Both the position numbers and the translations under genes were made by a program. This document shows positions 36,126 to 38,144 of a DNA stretch of 38,144 nucleotides, piece after piece. This DNA comes from Minisyncoccota bacterium (GTDB lineage Bacteria; Patescibacteriota; Minisyncoccia; Phycocordibacterales; UBA9973): contig DALYDM010000004.1 in the NCBI GenBank assembly GCA_031973235.1, forward strand, positions 1 through 38,144. The letters run 5' to 3'. Position 1 is the stretch's first letter. Every line of letters begins with the position of its first letter. Under the pieces are notes generated by a model. That model was not told the origin of the DNA. It made no database searches and saw only the letters and a program-made list of their open reading frames with translations.

Positions 36126-36710
36126 ATGAACAAACAAAGAGATGTTGTCTTTTCAAAACATCACAATCGTATGGCTGTGGCAGTCCTTGATATAGTACAT
36201 TCAACTGAATCCACCTTTTCGCTTTCCGGTGAGGCAATTGATAATTTTTACTCATTATTTCTCACACATGTGTCTAGGATAATTTATGAAAATGGTGGAC
36301 GAGTTTTGAAAAATACTGGAGATGGTGTGTTGTGGTATTTTCCAGAAGTTACCACGGAAAACAATGAGTCGTTTTCTGTAGTTACAAAATGCGGTCATGC
36401 GCTACTTCAGAAAAGAGACGAAATCAACAAAGAGCTCGCAGAACAAGGGCTTCCAACAGTGTCATATAGAATCAGTATGAGTTTTGGATTAGTGAGTGCC
36501 ATGTGTGATGAAAGTGGGGAGGTGATTGATTTGTTTGGTGCAACAGTCAACACATGTGCAAAAATGAATAAGTACGCTCCTGAAAATGGATTTGTGGTAG
36601 GTGAGGCACTTAATGAAAAATTGAACGAAATTGGAATTGATACAGAAAAAATTTCTGATTTTCAAGTAGGTGAGAATCTTTTGTTCTCAGTGTTTGAAGT
36701 AAAGTTATAA
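36126..36710 (+). CDS. Stand-alone class III nucleotidyl (adenylate) cyclase
   Basis: LDIVHST, VLKNTGDG, DLFGATVNTCAKM. Confidence 0.85.
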   Translation: MNKQRDVVFSKHHNRMAVAVLDIVHSTESTFSLSGEAIDNFYSLFLTHVSRIIYENGGRVLKNTGDGVLWYFPEVTTENNESFSVVTKCGHALLQKRDEINKELAEQGLPTVSYRISMSFGLVSAMCDESGEVIDLFGATVNTCAKMNKYAPENGFVVGEALNEKLNEIGIDTEKISDFQVGENLLFSVFEVKL

Positions 36711-36740
36711 AAAATAGCCCATGTAAGGGCTATTTTTTAT
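36707..36740. terminator. Bidirectional terminator
   Basis: ATAAAAAATAGCCC-ATGTAA-GGGCTATTTTTTAT. Confidence 0.85.
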
Positions 36741-36777
36741 AAACACTCAAGTGTAATTATATAAACAGAATCAATAA

Positions 36778-37380
36778 TTATTTTTTTTTATTGTATTTTT
36801 CTAACACCATTCGAAAAATCATTATAAAAATAGAAATAACCAGTATTCCAAATATCACAGTGATTGCTTTTGGTCCAAAGAATGATCTTATAGCATTTCC
36901 TGAATACACCCCTATAAACCCCCATAAGTATGAACCTATAAAACTGTAAATTACATATCGTTTTGTGCGCACACCTCTTATTCCGGCAAAAAGCGAAGGA
37001 GTTGAGCGAATAACAGGCAATAATTTTCCAAAAATTGAGACCAGTGCAAGGTGTCTATCAAATAAATCCCATGATTTTTGATGTTTTTCGTGAGATGTAA
37101 TTCGTATTATCCAAGGGGTGTGACGAAATTTTTTTGCCAAGAAAAAACCCGTCATGTCACCGAGAAAACTTGATGTGCCTACAACAAGGGCTGCAACAAG
37201 AGGAGAAAGAAAACCTTCGGTTGCGATACTTCCTGCAAGTAGAGCAATTGTTCCTCCCGGAAGAATTGATCCTACAACAGGTAGTCCTTCAAGAAATGAA
37301 AATAATGATAAAAATAATATCTGAGTGGGGAGTGTAAGCGTGCTTGCGAGTGCAAGTATGTTCGAAGATAAGTCAGTCAT
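36778..37380 (-). CDS. DedA-family membrane protein
   Basis: FLEGLPVVGSILPG, GDMTGFFL, FGKLLPVIRSTPSLFAG. Confidence 0.9.
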   Translation of the reverse strand: MTDLSSNILALASTLTLPTQILFLSLFSFLEGLPVVGSILPGGTIALLAGSIATEGFLSPLVAALVVGTSSFLGDMTGFFLAKKFRHTPWIIRITSHEKHQKSWDLFDRHLALVSIFGKLLPVIRSTPSLFAGIRGVRTKRYVIYSFIGSYLWGFIGVYSGNAIRSFFGPKAITVIFGILVISIFIMIFRMVLEKYNKKK

Positions 37381-37436
37381 AAGATTAGTTTAACAGAATA
37401 AAAAAATTCATAAAACTATATATCAAAATATCAAAC

Positions 37437-37496
37437 CCGCCTCTGCAAAAAAAATGGCCCGACCAAAGTCGAACTCATTTTTGTTTGCGGAGGCGG
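37437..37496 (-). repeat. Long hairpin incorporating the tRNA-Ser acceptor 3' strand
   Basis: CCGCCTCTGCAAA (37437-37449) is the inverted copy, with 1 mismatch, of 37484-37496; inner stems pair via G-U on the minus strand. Confidence 0.75.
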
Positions 37497-37523
37497 TGAG
37501 ATTCGAACTCACGGACAGCTTTC
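37488..37523 (-). pseudogene. 3' fragment of a tRNA-Ser (likely att-site remnant)
   Basis: GAAAGCTGTCC-GTGAG-TTCGAAT-CTCAC-CGCCTCC-G: variable arm end, T arm, acceptor 3' strand and G discriminator. No 5' half within the window. Confidence 0.8.
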
Positions 37524-37601
37524 ATTGAGCCTGTTAAATCCAAATGTACTTGAATTATTTAACACACTGATAGTTTTTAAGAAATCTATATAATTTATTT
37601 A

Positions 37602-38144
37602 TTATGGACACACCTTACTAGTACATGGAGTAGCTTGAGAAATGGTTTCAATTTGTCCTGTTGTTTCTGCTGACTCACTCTCGGTTGAGGCAAATATTTC
37701 AAAAGTATATTTTGTACTTGGTTCAAGTTTGAATTCTAAAACATGCTCGCGGCTATTTTCACTAGGTGAATTTAATGATTTTATGGTTTGATTAGTGCCA
37801 GTTTTATATATTTTTATTCTGCTGTTTGATTTGTAATTTGTTTCCCAGCTGATTGTGCATTTATCGGATGGGCAATTTTGTTTTGTTACCGTAATTTTTA
37901 GAGGAGTGGATTTTGTAGTAAAATTAAAATTTTGACTTTTCCATTCATTGTTTGCTATGGCTGTAATAGTACCACTATAATATAAATTACTTTCCAGTCC
38001 ATCAATATCTGTATAGTGTGTTTTTCCTACACCGCCTTTTGAAAAATAAATCTTACCATCAAGAATTATTTTTGATTCACTTGATATACTTGTTTTCCAG
38101 TTTACTCTTGTTGAGTTTGATTCGATATCTGTTGAAATTTCATA
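37602..38144 (-). CDS. Fibronectin type III-like repeat protein, C-terminal part (runs off the window; missing from the ORF track)
   Basis: Open frame from 38144: two modules VNWKTSISSES..HYTDIDGLES.. and ISWETNYKSNS..HVLEFKLEPSTKYTFEI; stop at 37602-37604. Confidence 0.8.
   Translation of the reverse strand, partial: YEISTDIESNSTRVNWKTSISSESKIILDGKIYFSKGGVGKTHYTDIDGLESNLYYSGTITAIANNEWKSQNFNFTTKSTPLKITVTKQNCPSDKCTISWETNYKSNSRIKIYKTGTNQTIKSLNSPSENSREHVLEFKLEPSTKYTFEIFASTESESAETTGQIETISQATPCTSKVCP

Noticed and set aside
36126-37380. Cyclase plus membrane protein as a Pycsar/CBASS-like defence system
   Set aside because: The neighbour is a convergent, ordinary DedA gene separated by a terminator, and the cyclase has adenine-type specificity residues.
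1-38144. Other short overlapping ORFs in the track (for example 10185, 16551, 18573, 19017, 23014, 24965, 34406)
   Set aside because: Antisense or out-of-frame shadows of well-supported genes, with no recognisable motifs.
1-38144. UGA recoding (code 25, as in Gracilibacteria/Absconditabacteria)
   Set aside because: All long genes are full-length under code 11 with no internal TGA, and TGA ends ORFs such as 9192-9452.
1-38144. CRISPR array, rRNA or IS transposase
   Set aside because: No regularly spaced direct repeats, rRNA-like tracts or transposase motifs were seen.

Overview
AT-rich bacterial chromosome segment, standard genetic code, spanning the replication origin: jag-yidC-yidD-rnpA-rpmH (minus) / dnaA-oriC-dnaN (plus). 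Gene content and compactness (VirB4-like ATPase, non-type-IV pilin-like protein, PilB, no recF/gyrB after dnaN, PolA without a 3'-5' exonuclease domain) suggest Patescibacteria (CPR), probably Parcubacteria; this is inference. Housekeeping genes include a class A PBP, tyrS, ruvA/B/C, tsaE, polA, a holA-like gene, mutM, rpsT and a TrmH-family methylase, plus tRNA-Lys(TTT) and tRNA-Arg(GCG). Accessory content includes surface proteins, a Fur/Zur-ZIP-Dsb-YibE/F locus with two operators, an ECF sigma/anti-sigma locus opposite a class III cyclase, and a tRNA-Ser 3' fragment that may be the end of an integrated element. Most notable: a promoter-driven 155-nt RNA with a 27-bp closing stem (6S-like?), inverted copies of tRNA 3' ends just downstream of two tRNA loci, a pilin fused to an M15/Hedgehog-fold Zn-peptidase domain, and a TAnnnT hexamer 6-8 nt before many ATGs, suggesting widespread leaderless mRNA. 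No CRISPR array, rRNA or transposase was seen.
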